NCBI GenBank assembly: GCA_016929095.1
Contig: JAFGJM010000033.1
Span: forward strand, 114,482 to 178,481
Direction: 5' to 3'
DNA length: 64,000 nucleotides
From: Anaerolineales bacterium
GTDB lineage: Bacteria; Chloroflexota; Anaerolineae; Anaerolineales; UBA4823
The position numbers and the translations under genes were made by a program. Every line of letters starts with the position of its first letter. Positions within the stretch are counted from its first letter, which is position 1. Under the pieces are notes generated by a model, which saw only the letters and a list, made by a program, of their open reading frames with translations, was not told where the DNA came from and did not search any database. Positions 26,403 through 36,355 of this stretch are shown one piece after another.

Positions 26403-28028
26403 TTAACGATCAAGCCAGGTGCTATCAAAGTTGATGGCATTATCACTGCGGGTAAAGTAACCCCGCACGTAAGGCTGCCAGGCATTGACATTAGCCGGAT
26501 TATACAGGAACACATAAGGGGCGTCATCAATCACGATCTTCGACACTTCGGAGTAGATGTCCATACGAGTAGCGACGTCTGTTTCAACCCGTCCTTTTTC
26601 CAATAACTCATCCAGGGTCGGATTGCTGTAGCCGGTAAAGTTGAACACCTCACCCGTGTGGTGTACAGAATAATAAAATTCATCGGGATCCATGTTTCCG
26701 ATCCAGCCCATGATATACATATCGTAATTGCCCTTACCTTCATCCTCCAGCCAGGCGCCCCATTCCAGTGTACGGATTTCGGCATTGATCCCAATCTGCG
26801 CCAGTTGTGCCTGTAGGACTTGAGCGGCGCGTACAGTCTCTTCGTAAAAATTGGTGACCATAAATTCAGTCTTGAAGCCATCCGGATACCCTGCTTCAGC
26901 CAATAACTGGCGGGCTTTTTCCAAATCCTGGGTATATGGCTGGTAATCTGAATACCAGGAACTGGTATTTGGTATTGGTCCCTGGTTGGCGGTAGCTGTA
27001 TCCCATTTCGCACCCATCGCGACCTCAGCCCGGTTAATGGCATAGGCAATGGCCTGACGGACTTTTACATCATCGAAAGGCTTGCGATTGAGATTTAGCC
27101 CAATATACCAGTAGTCATTGCCGGATACTTTATCTACAATCACTTCACCAGATGTAGCCAGCTCGGTAACCTGTTGTGGAGGCAGGGTTCCAGCCCAGTC
27201 CACTTCGCCGGTTAAAAGGTTGGTCAATAAGACCGTCTCTTCAGGAATAATCTTGAAGGTAACGCCATCCAAATAGGGCTTGCCTTCTTCCCAATAATCC
27301 GAATTGGCCTCCAGTACCACACGGTCGCCGGGAACATACTCAACGAATTTAAACGGTCCGGTGCCAATGGGAGTGGTGTTCACAGTGCCATCGTCAACGA
27401 TTTCTTTTGGGACGATGGACATCCCTTTATACCCGCCAATCATATTCAGCAAGTTCGGGCTGGGCGATGCGACGCGGATGACGACGGTCAGCGCATCAGG
27501 CGCATCGATGCTTTCGACTGCGCTAAAACGCCAGGAAGCGCCAGATCCTGTATCTGGGTTCATAATGCGTTGGTAGCTATAGACCACATCATCGGCGGTG
27601 AGTTCGCGGCCGTTATGGAATTTAATACCTTCTTGAAGGTGGAAGGTCCAGGTCAGGTTATCCTCCGAAATTTCCCAGCCCGTTGCCAGCGAAGGAACCA
27701 TATTCAAATTTTCATCCACAGTTACCAGGGTATCATACACATTTTCAAGCACCTGGAAACTGGAATATGCCGAAGTTATGTGAGGGTCAAACCCTTGTGG
27801 ATCGGCGGATATGGCGGCATTCAATATCCCGCCGCGTTTGATACCCGATGGATCAGCCGTCGGCGTGACCAGTTTCTCAACCTCCACCTCTTGGGTTACA
27901 ACAGTTTGCACTTCCTTTGTGACCACAACAGTTTCTTTCAGGGTACTTTGCTGTGGGCTGCATGCGGTTATGATGAGTGTAACCAGCACAAGCAATACTA
28001 CAGTTTTGATCAAGCGTTGATTATGCAT
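26403..28028 (-). CDS. Peptide ABC substrate-binding lipoprotein (SBP family 5)
   Basis: ITAC lipobox; 'VYDTLV', 'LATGWE', 'PIGTGPFKF', 'VRQAIAYAINR'. Confidence 0.92.
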   Translation of the reverse strand: MHNQRLIKTVVLLVLVTLIITACSPQQSTLKETVVVTKEVQTVVTQEVEVEKLVTPTADPSGIKRGGILNAAISADPQGFDPHITSAYSSFQVLENVYDTLVTVDENLNMVPSLATGWEISEDNLTWTFHLQEGIKFHNGRELTADDVVYSYQRIMNPDTGSGASWRFSAVESIDAPDALTVVIRVASPSPNLLNMIGGYKGMSIVPKEIVDDGTVNTTPIGTGPFKFVEYVPGDRVVLEANSDYWEEGKPYLDGVTFKIIPEETVLLTNLLTGEVDWAGTLPPQQVTELATSGEVIVDKVSGNDYWYIGLNLNRKPFDDVKVRQAIAYAINRAEVAMGAKWDTATANQGPIPNTSSWYSDYQPYTQDLEKARQLLAEAGYPDGFKTEFMVTNFYEETVRAAQVLQAQLAQIGINAEIRTLEWGAWLEDEGKGNYDMYIMGWIGNMDPDEFYYSVHHTGEVFNFTGYSNPTLDELLEKGRVETDVATRMDIYSEVSKIVIDDAPYVFLYNPANVNAWQPYVRGYFTRSDNAINFDSTWLDR

Positions 28029-28236
28029 CCTTTCCTCTCCTTTATAAGTCGATATGAAATCAAAGTCCTGCCTTTTAGTTCACAATAACATACCCCCGCC
28101 AATAGAACGCCAAGAGAGTGTTAAAAGAATTATTGGTATTAACATTACACTATGTGTATTTCGCTTGATAAAAAACTGCCAAATAACATGATGACGAAAG
28201 CATGATTTTTGATTTACTAAGGTGGCCAAGGTATGA

Positions 28237-31200
28237 CTATCCAGCTCTGAGTTGTTGTTCGTAGTTATGGCGAGAAAGACTTAATTCACGTTGATCCCCC
28301 ACTAAACTCAATAAGCTTACACTACGCTCGCTGTAGGGTAATGGATCTCCCAGGCCGCTTTCCGGCCAGGCAACTGCGATTTCCCCAAGCAGACGATAGA
28401 TAATGCCCAGGTCTTCCTGGCTGCCCAGCTCTTGAGCAAGCTCTTGAGCCAGGCAAGCATATTTATATGCACTTTGCCAATCGCCATCATATATAGCCGC
28501 CTGACTCAAAATTCGCTGGACTTTAACAGTCACCCAGCTGGCGTGCACCTGTTCGCATAGGGACAATGCCTCTGCCAGCACCTGGCGCGCTGCCTCAGAG
28601 TTATTGGCGTGTAAGTAGGCTTGACCGATATTCGTTAAATGGACAGATTGACCTTCAATCTGTCCTAATCCTCGGCGTAAAGCCAGGGCTTTTTGAAATG
28701 AATCTATAGCTCCGTCGTAATCTCCCAGAGCGTCTTTCACGATGCCAATATTATTATGACAGGCGCCCATCCAGAGCTGATCCTTTAAGGTTTCATGGAT
28801 TTCCAGTGCCTGATTGTAGAGTTCCAGAGCCCGCGGGTAGTTGCCTAAGCGATAAGAAGCAATGCCAAGATGAGTCAATCCCACTGCTTTTTGCGATAGA
28901 TGACCTATCTTTTCGGCGCATTGGATCGCAAGTTGGGCGTAAGAGTCCAGATCCTCATAATTGCTGCGCAGGTAACTTAAAAAGCTAAACATGTTATTGA
29001 TGAACGCCTGTTCGTCAAACCTTTGCCTTACCCTGGCGGACTCAAGCGCCTGGTTGAATTCGATCTCAGCTTCAGGGTAACGTCCCAGGCGTTGGTATAT
29101 CAAACCCAGTTGACAATGGATTAAGTTGGCGACACCCAAAGATCCGTAGGGTTCATTTGCCGGGCTATAAAATGGGATTGCTTTTGAAGCCATAGCTGCG
29201 GGTAAATCTTCCTCCAAACCCGATTGGCTTAACCGTAAAGCACGTTGGTATTGAACCAGGGCATCTTCATCGGCATATAATTCTACAGCCCGGCTGGCTG
29301 CTTGCAGAGCAAAATCTCGCGCCTTCGTTAACTCGCCCGCTTTCTCAAGATGGGCAGAGATAAGACTGAAATAAGATGGAAGCCGGGAATCTGGCAGCTT
29401 CATCAGGTGTTCGACTACCCGTTGATGAAGGTGTTTTCGCCGGCTGCCGGTCAGGCTGGCGTATAGCACAGATTGTACTTTTTCATGGTTGAAATTAAAA
29501 CCCGTACCCCGCTCGGCAATCAAACCCGACCGGCAGCCTTCCTCTAAAGCAGACAAAATTAACTCGGATGGTTGTCCGGTAACCTCTTTAATGGTGAAAT
29601 AATCGAAATTACGCCCAATGACAGTCGCTACAGAAAGCAAGCTGCGTGTGGAAGGTGAAAGACGACTTAGCCGGTTGGATATCACTCCTTGAACAGTGGA
29701 AGGGAGTGGCCAATCTCCGGTCAATGACAGGGGCTCGGTTTGTAGCATTCGCAATGTTTCCATTACAAACAATGGGTTACCTTCTGTCTCTGCGAATAGT
29801 CGTTCAAAAAAGGCGGGAGGCGCCATCTCTCCCACCCCTAAAGTATGCGATAAAGCTGTAACCTCCGATAAAGTAAGCGGAGACAAATATAGAAATGAAC
29901 ACAAATTTTCTCTACCCAATACATCCAGAGCCCGTTTTAAATTGAATTCCGCTTCGGTTTCCCGCTCTGTTCCTATTATAAAGAGGGGTTGATCGGAAGT
30001 ACGCCTCAGAATATACTCGAGAAGGGCAAGACTGGCCTGGTCTATCCATTGAAGATCATCAAGGAACAAACATACAGGCTGTTGACTGCAAAGGGCTTCA
30101 AGCCATAAACGAACGGCTTCTGACAGGCGGCCGCGTAAAAGCTCTGGGTCTGGAGCATATGCCGGTAAACTGGATTGAACCTCTTCACATAATTCCGGCG
30201 CTAAGCGGCCAAGCTCAGCCATCCATACCTTTGCCAACCCCAGTTTTTTCCAATTCACCTCTTGCAAAGAAGCGCGTAATAAATCTATCCACGGATGGTA
30301 AGGAACGCTATTCTCGGCTTCAAAACAGCGTCCTGTTACACAGTACAATCCATAGCTTCGTTGGATCCACTCTTGTGCCAGGCGCGTCTTCCCAATCCCG
30401 GCTTCCCCTCGTATGAGCAATAACCTGGGTTGACGGGTTTGAAGAATTAACTGCAGTTCTTCGCTGAGGCTATCCATCTCCGTCTGGCGACCCACAAAAG
30501 CTAATGAGGATGCTGAAACGCCATCTGAATGAAAATTTTTATGAAGTGGTTCCCCCTTTGAGCGTTGGCCTGATAAGACTTTTTGATAAAGCGCCTGTGT
30601 CCGCGGGTCCGGAGTAACCCCGAGTTCAGTCTCAAGCAGCTTACGACAGCGTTCATACTGTTGCGCAACAGCCATCCTGTCTTCCTGGAGAAAATATAAT
30701 CGGATCAATTGTCGATGCCCACGTTCGCGCAGGGGGTTTAAAGTCAACATCGTATTGGCAGCATCCACTGCTTCACGCAGCATTCCTGCCGCTTCATACG
30801 CCTGGCTTAATGCCAGCCAACCATCTTCGTGAATGCTATCCAATTGGGTGCGGATGGGAGTGAGCCACTCATCAAAACCTGGCGCTCCGTCAACGATCAG
30901 ACCGTCCAGAAAAGGTCCGCGCCACAAGTTCAGCCCATTTTGCAGGCTAACAATGTTCTTTTCTTGACGTAAAGTCATCTTAAAATCAGCCACATCCAGC
31001 CATACTTCGTTTAGGTCTAAAGAGACGTCTGAAAGATTGGCTTTTAATACCTGGTATGGCTTTAACGCCTGGCTAAGAGAAGAGAGAGCATTCCGCAGAC
31101 TATTTCGGGCATGGTGATCATCCGATTCGCCCCATAAAAGGGTAGCCAAACTGACCCGGCTATGTCCATGTGCGGTAACAGACAGATATGCCAGTAAGCC

Positions 31201-31290
31201 ATATAGCTTTTTATATGGCAGGTTGACGCGTTTGCCATCGACCTCGACGAGGGGGGGGCCAAGCAGATGCACGCGGATGGGAGAATTCAC
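28237..31290 (-). CDS. SARP/BTAD-STAND ATPase-TPR transcriptional regulator
   Basis: 'VHLLGP', 'LWRGPFLDG', 'LNPLRE', GEAGIGKT, DDLQW, 'EGNPLF', C-terminal TPRs. Confidence 0.9.
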   Translation of the reverse strand: MNSPIRVHLLGPPLVEVDGKRVNLPYKKLYGLLAYLSVTAHGHSRVSLATLLWGESDDHHARNSLRNALSSLSQALKPYQVLKANLSDVSLDLNEVWLDVADFKMTLRQEKNIVSLQNGLNLWRGPFLDGLIVDGAPGFDEWLTPIRTQLDSIHEDGWLALSQAYEAAGMLREAVDAANTMLTLNPLRERGHRQLIRLYFLQEDRMAVAQQYERCRKLLETELGVTPDPRTQALYQKVLSGQRSKGEPLHKNFHSDGVSASSLAFVGRQTEMDSLSEELQLILQTRQPRLLLIRGEAGIGKTRLAQEWIQRSYGLYCVTGRCFEAENSVPYHPWIDLLRASLQEVNWKKLGLAKVWMAELGRLAPELCEEVQSSLPAYAPDPELLRGRLSEAVRLWLEALCSQQPVCLFLDDLQWIDQASLALLEYILRRTSDQPLFIIGTERETEAEFNLKRALDVLGRENLCSFLYLSPLTLSEVTALSHTLGVGEMAPPAFFERLFAETEGNPLFVMETLRMLQTEPLSLTGDWPLPSTVQGVISNRLSRLSPSTRSLLSVATVIGRNFDYFTIKEVTGQPSELILSALEEGCRSGLIAERGTGFNFNHEKVQSVLYASLTGSRRKHLHQRVVEHLMKLPDSRLPSYFSLISAHLEKAGELTKARDFALQAASRAVELYADEDALVQYQRALRLSQSGLEEDLPAAMASKAIPFYSPANEPYGSLGVANLIHCQLGLIYQRLGRYPEAEIEFNQALESARVRQRFDEQAFINNMFSFLSYLRSNYEDLDSYAQLAIQCAEKIGHLSQKAVGLTHLGIASYRLGNYPRALELYNQALEIHETLKDQLWMGACHNNIGIVKDALGDYDGAIDSFQKALALRRGLGQIEGQSVHLTNIGQAYLHANNSEAARQVLAEALSLCEQVHASWVTVKVQRILSQAAIYDGDWQSAYKYACLAQELAQELGSQEDLGIIYRLLGEIAVAWPESGLGDPLPYSERSVSLLSLVGDQRELSLSRHNYEQQLRAG

Positions 31291-31317
31291 TTCTCACTAC
31301 TCACTGTTCACCCCACA

Positions 31318-32631
31318 CTAATTCCGTTCCTGTATTGCCTTATATACTGCCTGTACGCCAAATTCCAGCGCATCGATTGGAACACGTTCATCGGCAGCGT
31401 GTGCCAACCCCGACATATCGAAATCATCCGGAACGCGCAGCGGAGTGAAACCATAGGTTTGAATGCCGAGTTGGTTAAAAAAGCGTGCATCGGTAACCCA
31501 GCTTCCCACGAACGGAATGGGTATGCCTTGCGGATCGGCTTCTTTCAGGATATTACTCAGGGTATCAAACAGACCCATATCCAGGTTATATAGTGTAGGA
31601 CTGTAATCCACTACTTCGATATCGAAATCTTTCCCTAATAAAGCGTGTAATTCCACTTGCATATCTTCGGGAGTGAACCCAGGAAGGAGGCGCCCATCCA
31701 AGCCTAGAGATACTTTTGAAGGGATCACATTGATTTTATCGCTGGCTTGCAGCATGGTCGGGCTGACCGTATTATGTAAAATTGGGCTGAACAAGACGGC
31801 TTGTTTTCCCAATATTTTTAAAATCAATTCGGTCGCAACAGGATTAAGTAACTGACGTAACACAAATTCTGAAGCGCCGCCAATCGCCTTGGCAATGTAT
31901 TCAATCATCAAACGTACCGGCGGCGTGACATGAACGGGAAGGGGTTTTTTATCTAAAGTGAGTAATGCTCTGCCAAGTTTGGCCATTGCCCCGCCATGCA
32001 CTGGCATGGAAGCGTGCCCTCCTGCGCCATGGAAATCCATCCGCATGGCGCAGGTTTGTTTCTCGGAGATTTGGATGGGGTAGATCCGTTTGCCTACCAT
32101 TGAGATATTGAAACCGCCGAACTCACTCAACCCATATTTTACCCCCTCAAACAATTGGGGATGTTCTTCTACCAGGAATTTCGCGCCATACTCACCGCCG
32201 ACTTCTTCATCAGCAGTAGCCGCAAAGATCACATCACCGGGAATGAGGAGATTCTCCGCTTTTGCTTTTAGGATGGCGCACAGGTACATGCTGATGGCGT
32301 GTTTATTGTCGATTGCGCCGCGCCCCCAAACACATCCATCGGCAATAACGCCTTCGAAAGGCGGGTGAGTCCATTTTTGGTTTTTGGTCGAAACCACATC
32401 GACATGACCGTAGAGTAAGAGAGGGGACGCTTTACCATCCCCTTTCAACCTGGTGATGATATTGGGGCGCTCGGGAGTCTTGGCAACGATAGTTGTATCG
32501 AAACCAGCATCTTTCAACAAACCATTAATAAATTCGATACAGGCTCGCTCATTGCCTGGTGGATTGGTAGTATCGAATCGGATGAGGGTTTGTAATAATT
32601 CGGCGGGTTTTTGGTATATGAAAGTGCTCAC
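31318..32631 (-). CDS. M20/M25/M40 metallopeptidase
   Basis: GHVDVV, GRGAIDNK, ADEE, GGHAS, HAADE. Confidence 0.9.
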   Translation of the reverse strand: MSTFIYQKPAELLQTLIRFDTTNPPGNERACIEFINGLLKDAGFDTTIVAKTPERPNIITRLKGDGKASPLLLYGHVDVVSTKNQKWTHPPFEGVIADGCVWGRGAIDNKHAISMYLCAILKAKAENLLIPGDVIFAATADEEVGGEYGAKFLVEEHPQLFEGVKYGLSEFGGFNISMVGKRIYPIQISEKQTCAMRMDFHGAGGHASMPVHGGAMAKLGRALLTLDKKPLPVHVTPPVRLMIEYIAKAIGGASEFVLRQLLNPVATELILKILGKQAVLFSPILHNTVSPTMLQASDKINVIPSKVSLGLDGRLLPGFTPEDMQVELHALLGKDFDIEVVDYSPTLYNLDMGLFDTLSNILKEADPQGIPIPFVGSWVTDARFFNQLGIQTYGFTPLRVPDDFDMSGLAHAADERVPIDALEFGVQAVYKAIQERN

Positions 32632-32868
32632 GAATATCTCCTGTGCAGATAAATAATTATTTTTCGAAAAATCGTTTTCAGTGTTGCCAGCTTAATATTG
32701 ATATGATTGCGATGAGATTTGTTCCACGTAATTTCGCGGCAGAATATACATAAATAAGGATCGTTTACAAGAATGATATATTATAATCTTCGAAAAAAGG
32801 GATTCGGGTAATATTCATTGAACCATTTCTTGACAATCCTGGTATTTGTATAAAGGACAGGGTTCATA

Positions 32869-33858
32869 TTGGCGCGTTTTGTGTTTCGAAGATTATTGAT
32901 CTTACCCCTGGCGATGATCCTGGCAAACTTTCTGGGATTAGCTTATTCGCACCTGGCGCATTATTTCCACGAGGTTCAAAATCCATTTGGCAGTGCAGTT
33001 GTCAACCCGACGCCAATTTGGTCGGTTTATCTTAATTACATCCATGGTATAAGCCAGCTTGACTTCGGCAGCATGCCTTTATCGGGGGGGAAAACCGTAC
33101 CGGTGATTGAAGTCATTACCGACTCTACCCTGGCCAGCATAGGACTTTTAGCATTGGCGTATATACTGAGTCTGGTGTTGGGTTTAGCCATAGGATTCAG
33201 CGCAACCCGTAATGAACCGGCTGAAGTAAAAGGCTGGCTGGCACCGATTTCGGCTGCCGGGCAAGCCATGCCAGGTTTTTATGTTGGAACATTGTTTATT
33301 TTGGGTGGAATCATAGTGATCGGCCATAGCGGAGCAGATTCTGAATTCTGGCTGCCATTGCAAGGTTTTGGCTGGGATAGTCACCTGGTGCTGCCTACCC
33401 TGGCGCTGCTAGCCAGGCCAACCGTTCAGATTGCTCAACTCACCGCGAATTTGTTATCCGACGAATTAGGCAAACAATACGTTGTCGCTGCCCGTAGCCA
33501 TGGACTTACCTGGCGTATGGCAAGATGGAAACATGCATTACGTAATGTGTTGGCGCCGGTAATCCTGAATATGGCAGCTTCATTCCGTACTATGGTGTGC
33601 GAATTGATATTGGTGGAATACCTCTTCGGTTGGCAGGGTTTGGGCAGATTATTGGCGTTAACGTTAATTCCGCCCAGCACTGCCACTGTAAGTGGACTGG
33701 CAAATGTAAATAACACCTTTTTACACCCGGAGTTAACCGCCGCCTTGATGGCGATCTTTACATTACTGTTCCTGGTTGCCGATGGGATTGCCTCCACTGC
33801 TGCTCGATTGGTCGACCATCGCTTGCAAAGCACTGGAGAAGAGAGACACTTTGGATAA
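32869..33858 (+). CDS. Divergent DppB-like ABC permease
   Basis: 'YVVAARSHGL', 'HALRN', 'VEYLFGWQGLG'. Confidence 0.82.
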   Translation: MARFVFRRLLILPLAMILANFLGLAYSHLAHYFHEVQNPFGSAVVNPTPIWSVYLNYIHGISQLDFGSMPLSGGKTVPVIEVITDSTLASIGLLALAYILSLVLGLAIGFSATRNEPAEVKGWLAPISAAGQAMPGFYVGTLFILGGIIVIGHSGADSEFWLPLQGFGWDSHLVLPTLALLARPTVQIAQLTANLLSDELGKQYVVAARSHGLTWRMARWKHALRNVLAPVILNMAASFRTMVCELILVEYLFGWQGLGRLLALTLIPPSTATVSGLANVNNTFLHPELTAALMAIFTLLFLVADGIASTAARLVDHRLQSTGEERHFG

Positions 33859-36247
33859 TCCTGCACTCGATCAATTACCCTCAGATCACGTTGAGAGTAA
33901 CAATATTATCATACGCAGGGCAGCGCCATGGAACTGGCAGTTGTGGTTGGGAACGATATTGGTGGGTTTAGTGTGTTTCCTGGCATTTTTTGGAGCAGGA
34001 TTGGCGCCGCGTGACCCGATGGAAGTCAATTACATCGTTCAACACCCTGAAACCAAGGAATTCATCAAACCACCGCTGGCGCCATTCGACGCGCCGGGTT
34101 TTCCGTTGGGTAGTGATTTGCAGGGGCGCGATTACCTGAGCCAGCTCCTTTGGGCGGTAAGACCGACATTACAACTCGTGATATTGGTGGCTGCATTCCG
34201 GCTGGTGATCGGATTGATCATCGGACTGGCCGCAGGATGGTCTGTAACATGGTTTGGTAAAAGCCTGGATTCTGTCATCTCCTGGACCTTAGCGCTGCCG
34301 GTCTTGTTTGTGGCATTGGTATTGATCGCTGCCCTGGGGATCAAGTTGGGAAGCGCAGCGTTTTTATTAGGTCTCACGCTTACCGGCTGGGCAGAAACGG
34401 CTCAACTGGTAAGAGATGTCACCAAAACCAACCGTGGGCAGCCATTCATCGAGGCGGCTCGCGCTTTAGGATTAACCCAATTACAAATTGTCTCTCGCCA
34501 TATATTGCCGCAAATCCTGCCGCTTATGTGGACATTGTTTTCGTTCGAGATCAGCAATACACTGATGACCGTAGCGGGATTAGGTTTTTTGGGGTATTAC
34601 ATGTATGCAATTTGGGTGCCGATGGGTGATACCTCGGCCTTGCGTACCAGCGGACGGGCAGAGATCGGGCAGATGCTTGCCAGCGGTGTATCTTCGGCGT
34701 TAAAACACCCATGGGGTTTGGTGATAGCCGGCAGCGCGGTTTTCGTGATCATATTGGCATTCAACCTGTTTGGCGAAGGATTGAGGCTGCGCCAGGAGAG
34801 GTTGCGTTATCGCAGTAAAAAGAATGCTATAGGAAAGATGTTGGAAAGAACCGAAAACTGGGTGGAAGAACGCTGGTTTGGCGCGGATTCTGCCTGGCGG
34901 AGGAATGCGCAAACTGCCTTGATTGTCGTATTCCTGGCCGCGGTTGTGGTTGCCGGGGGCGTGACGTTATTCAACTCGCAATCTCAGGTAGAGGTAGAAG
35001 CCGTTGTTAAAGGCAATGGGCAAATGTGGGCATCCGAGCTGAGCAACGCTCAGGGAACAATGTGGATGGAGGCTGTTGGACCACAGGAGCCTGTCTTTGT
35101 GTGGTCATTCTCCGACCCATCCGGTTTTAGCGGTGGTCCGGTGCTTGATAAAGATGGTAATATCTACCTCACTTCCAACGGAGGACGGGTATATTCCCTG
35201 AGCAGGGATGGTGTGATACGCTGGTGGTTATCTCTCCAAACGCAGTTTTGCCTTACCCCTGTTTTGGATAAACAGGGAAATATGTATGCCGCAGATATTC
35301 ATGGGCGGGTGTGGGCGTTTTCACCACAGGGTAAGAAATTATGGAAAATCGATGCAGATGCAGGTGAAATTCCCATCTCAAGCCCGGTTATCGACGAACA
35401 GGGCACAATTTATTTGGTAAATCAGTTTCATCTTCTGGCGATCTCCGATTCGGGCAATTTACTATGGAAAGTGCGTATCCCCAAGTATAGTTATATCAAT
35501 CCGAAGTTGCGATTGAGTTACGATGAAGATTATATTTTTTTTGATGACGTGGTCATTAGCGTGGCTACAGGCGACATTGTTTTCGGTGAGACTAAAGACG
35601 ATCAGTTGGATAAATATATCGTAGGGACGGATGGCAAGACTTATCTATCGGCGTTGGATAGTATTTCTGAATTTCAAACCGGTGAGGGTGCGGCGAGTAT
35701 TTTGAAATATGTGACCTGGGATGCGGTAACCCAGGGATTAAGTGTGCGCCAGCCGATGACAGCCGGGGTTATTCCGGATGGTCGTACCTGGACACTTTAT
35801 TCCGGATATCAAGAATACATGAAATTAATTTGGGTTGATCGGCAAGGGCAAATATTTTCCAATGCCGGTTACCCCTGGCGGGATGATTCCTATGTGGTCA
35901 TTGGTCTGGATAATCAGGCGACGTTCTATGCCTGCGGAGTGAATTACAATCAACGTGATACCATCCAATGCCGGGCAAACCGTGTGGGGCAAAATGAGCC
36001 TTTTTGGATGTTGGATATGGAAATCGGGAAGATTCAATCGGATTGGACGTATGTCAGTGTGTATAATTCCAACATTCCAGCTGGAGGGGCGATGGCGCCG
36101 GGAAGATTATACGTGGTAACCAGCAGCGGGATGTTATATGCCATCGGCGAAAGCAGCGAAATGATAACCCAGGCTATTTCTAAACAACCTACGGTAACGC
36201 CTTTGGCGAGGGTTTATTGGTATTTTTTCCCTATGATAGGGAGATGA
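33851..36247 (+). CDS. DppC-like ABC permease fused to a C-terminal PQQ-like beta-propeller
   Basis: 'LGSDLQGRD', 'FIEAARALG'; extra TM, then repeats 'PVLDKDGNIY', 'PVIDEQGTIY', 'G.LLW'; TTG 33851 overlaps the upstream stop. Confidence 0.82.
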   Translation: MDNPALDQLPSDHVESNNIIIRRAAPWNWQLWLGTILVGLVCFLAFFGAGLAPRDPMEVNYIVQHPETKEFIKPPLAPFDAPGFPLGSDLQGRDYLSQLLWAVRPTLQLVILVAAFRLVIGLIIGLAAGWSVTWFGKSLDSVISWTLALPVLFVALVLIAALGIKLGSAAFLLGLTLTGWAETAQLVRDVTKTNRGQPFIEAARALGLTQLQIVSRHILPQILPLMWTLFSFEISNTLMTVAGLGFLGYYMYAIWVPMGDTSALRTSGRAEIGQMLASGVSSALKHPWGLVIAGSAVFVIILAFNLFGEGLRLRQERLRYRSKKNAIGKMLERTENWVEERWFGADSAWRRNAQTALIVVFLAAVVVAGGVTLFNSQSQVEVEAVVKGNGQMWASELSNAQGTMWMEAVGPQEPVFVWSFSDPSGFSGGPVLDKDGNIYLTSNGGRVYSLSRDGVIRWWLSLQTQFCLTPVLDKQGNMYAADIHGRVWAFSPQGKKLWKIDADAGEIPISSPVIDEQGTIYLVNQFHLLAISDSGNLLWKVRIPKYSYINPKLRLSYDEDYIFFDDVVISVATGDIVFGETKDDQLDKYIVGTDGKTYLSALDSISEFQTGEGAASILKYVTWDAVTQGLSVRQPMTAGVIPDGRTWTLYSGYQEYMKLIWVDRQGQIFSNAGYPWRDDSYVVIGLDNQATFYACGVNYNQRDTIQCRANRVGQNEPFWMLDMEIGKIQSDWTYVSVYNSNIPAGGAMAPGRLYVVTSSGMLYAIGESSEMITQAISKQPTVTPLARVYWYFFPMIGR

Positions 36248-36355
36248 GTAAGAAGAACCACCAAAATTGCAACGTCAGGTATCAATCGACTCAATAATTG
36301 TAGAATTAATTTATAATTCAACACGCATTTATCAGAATTCTTTGGAGAATAGTCT

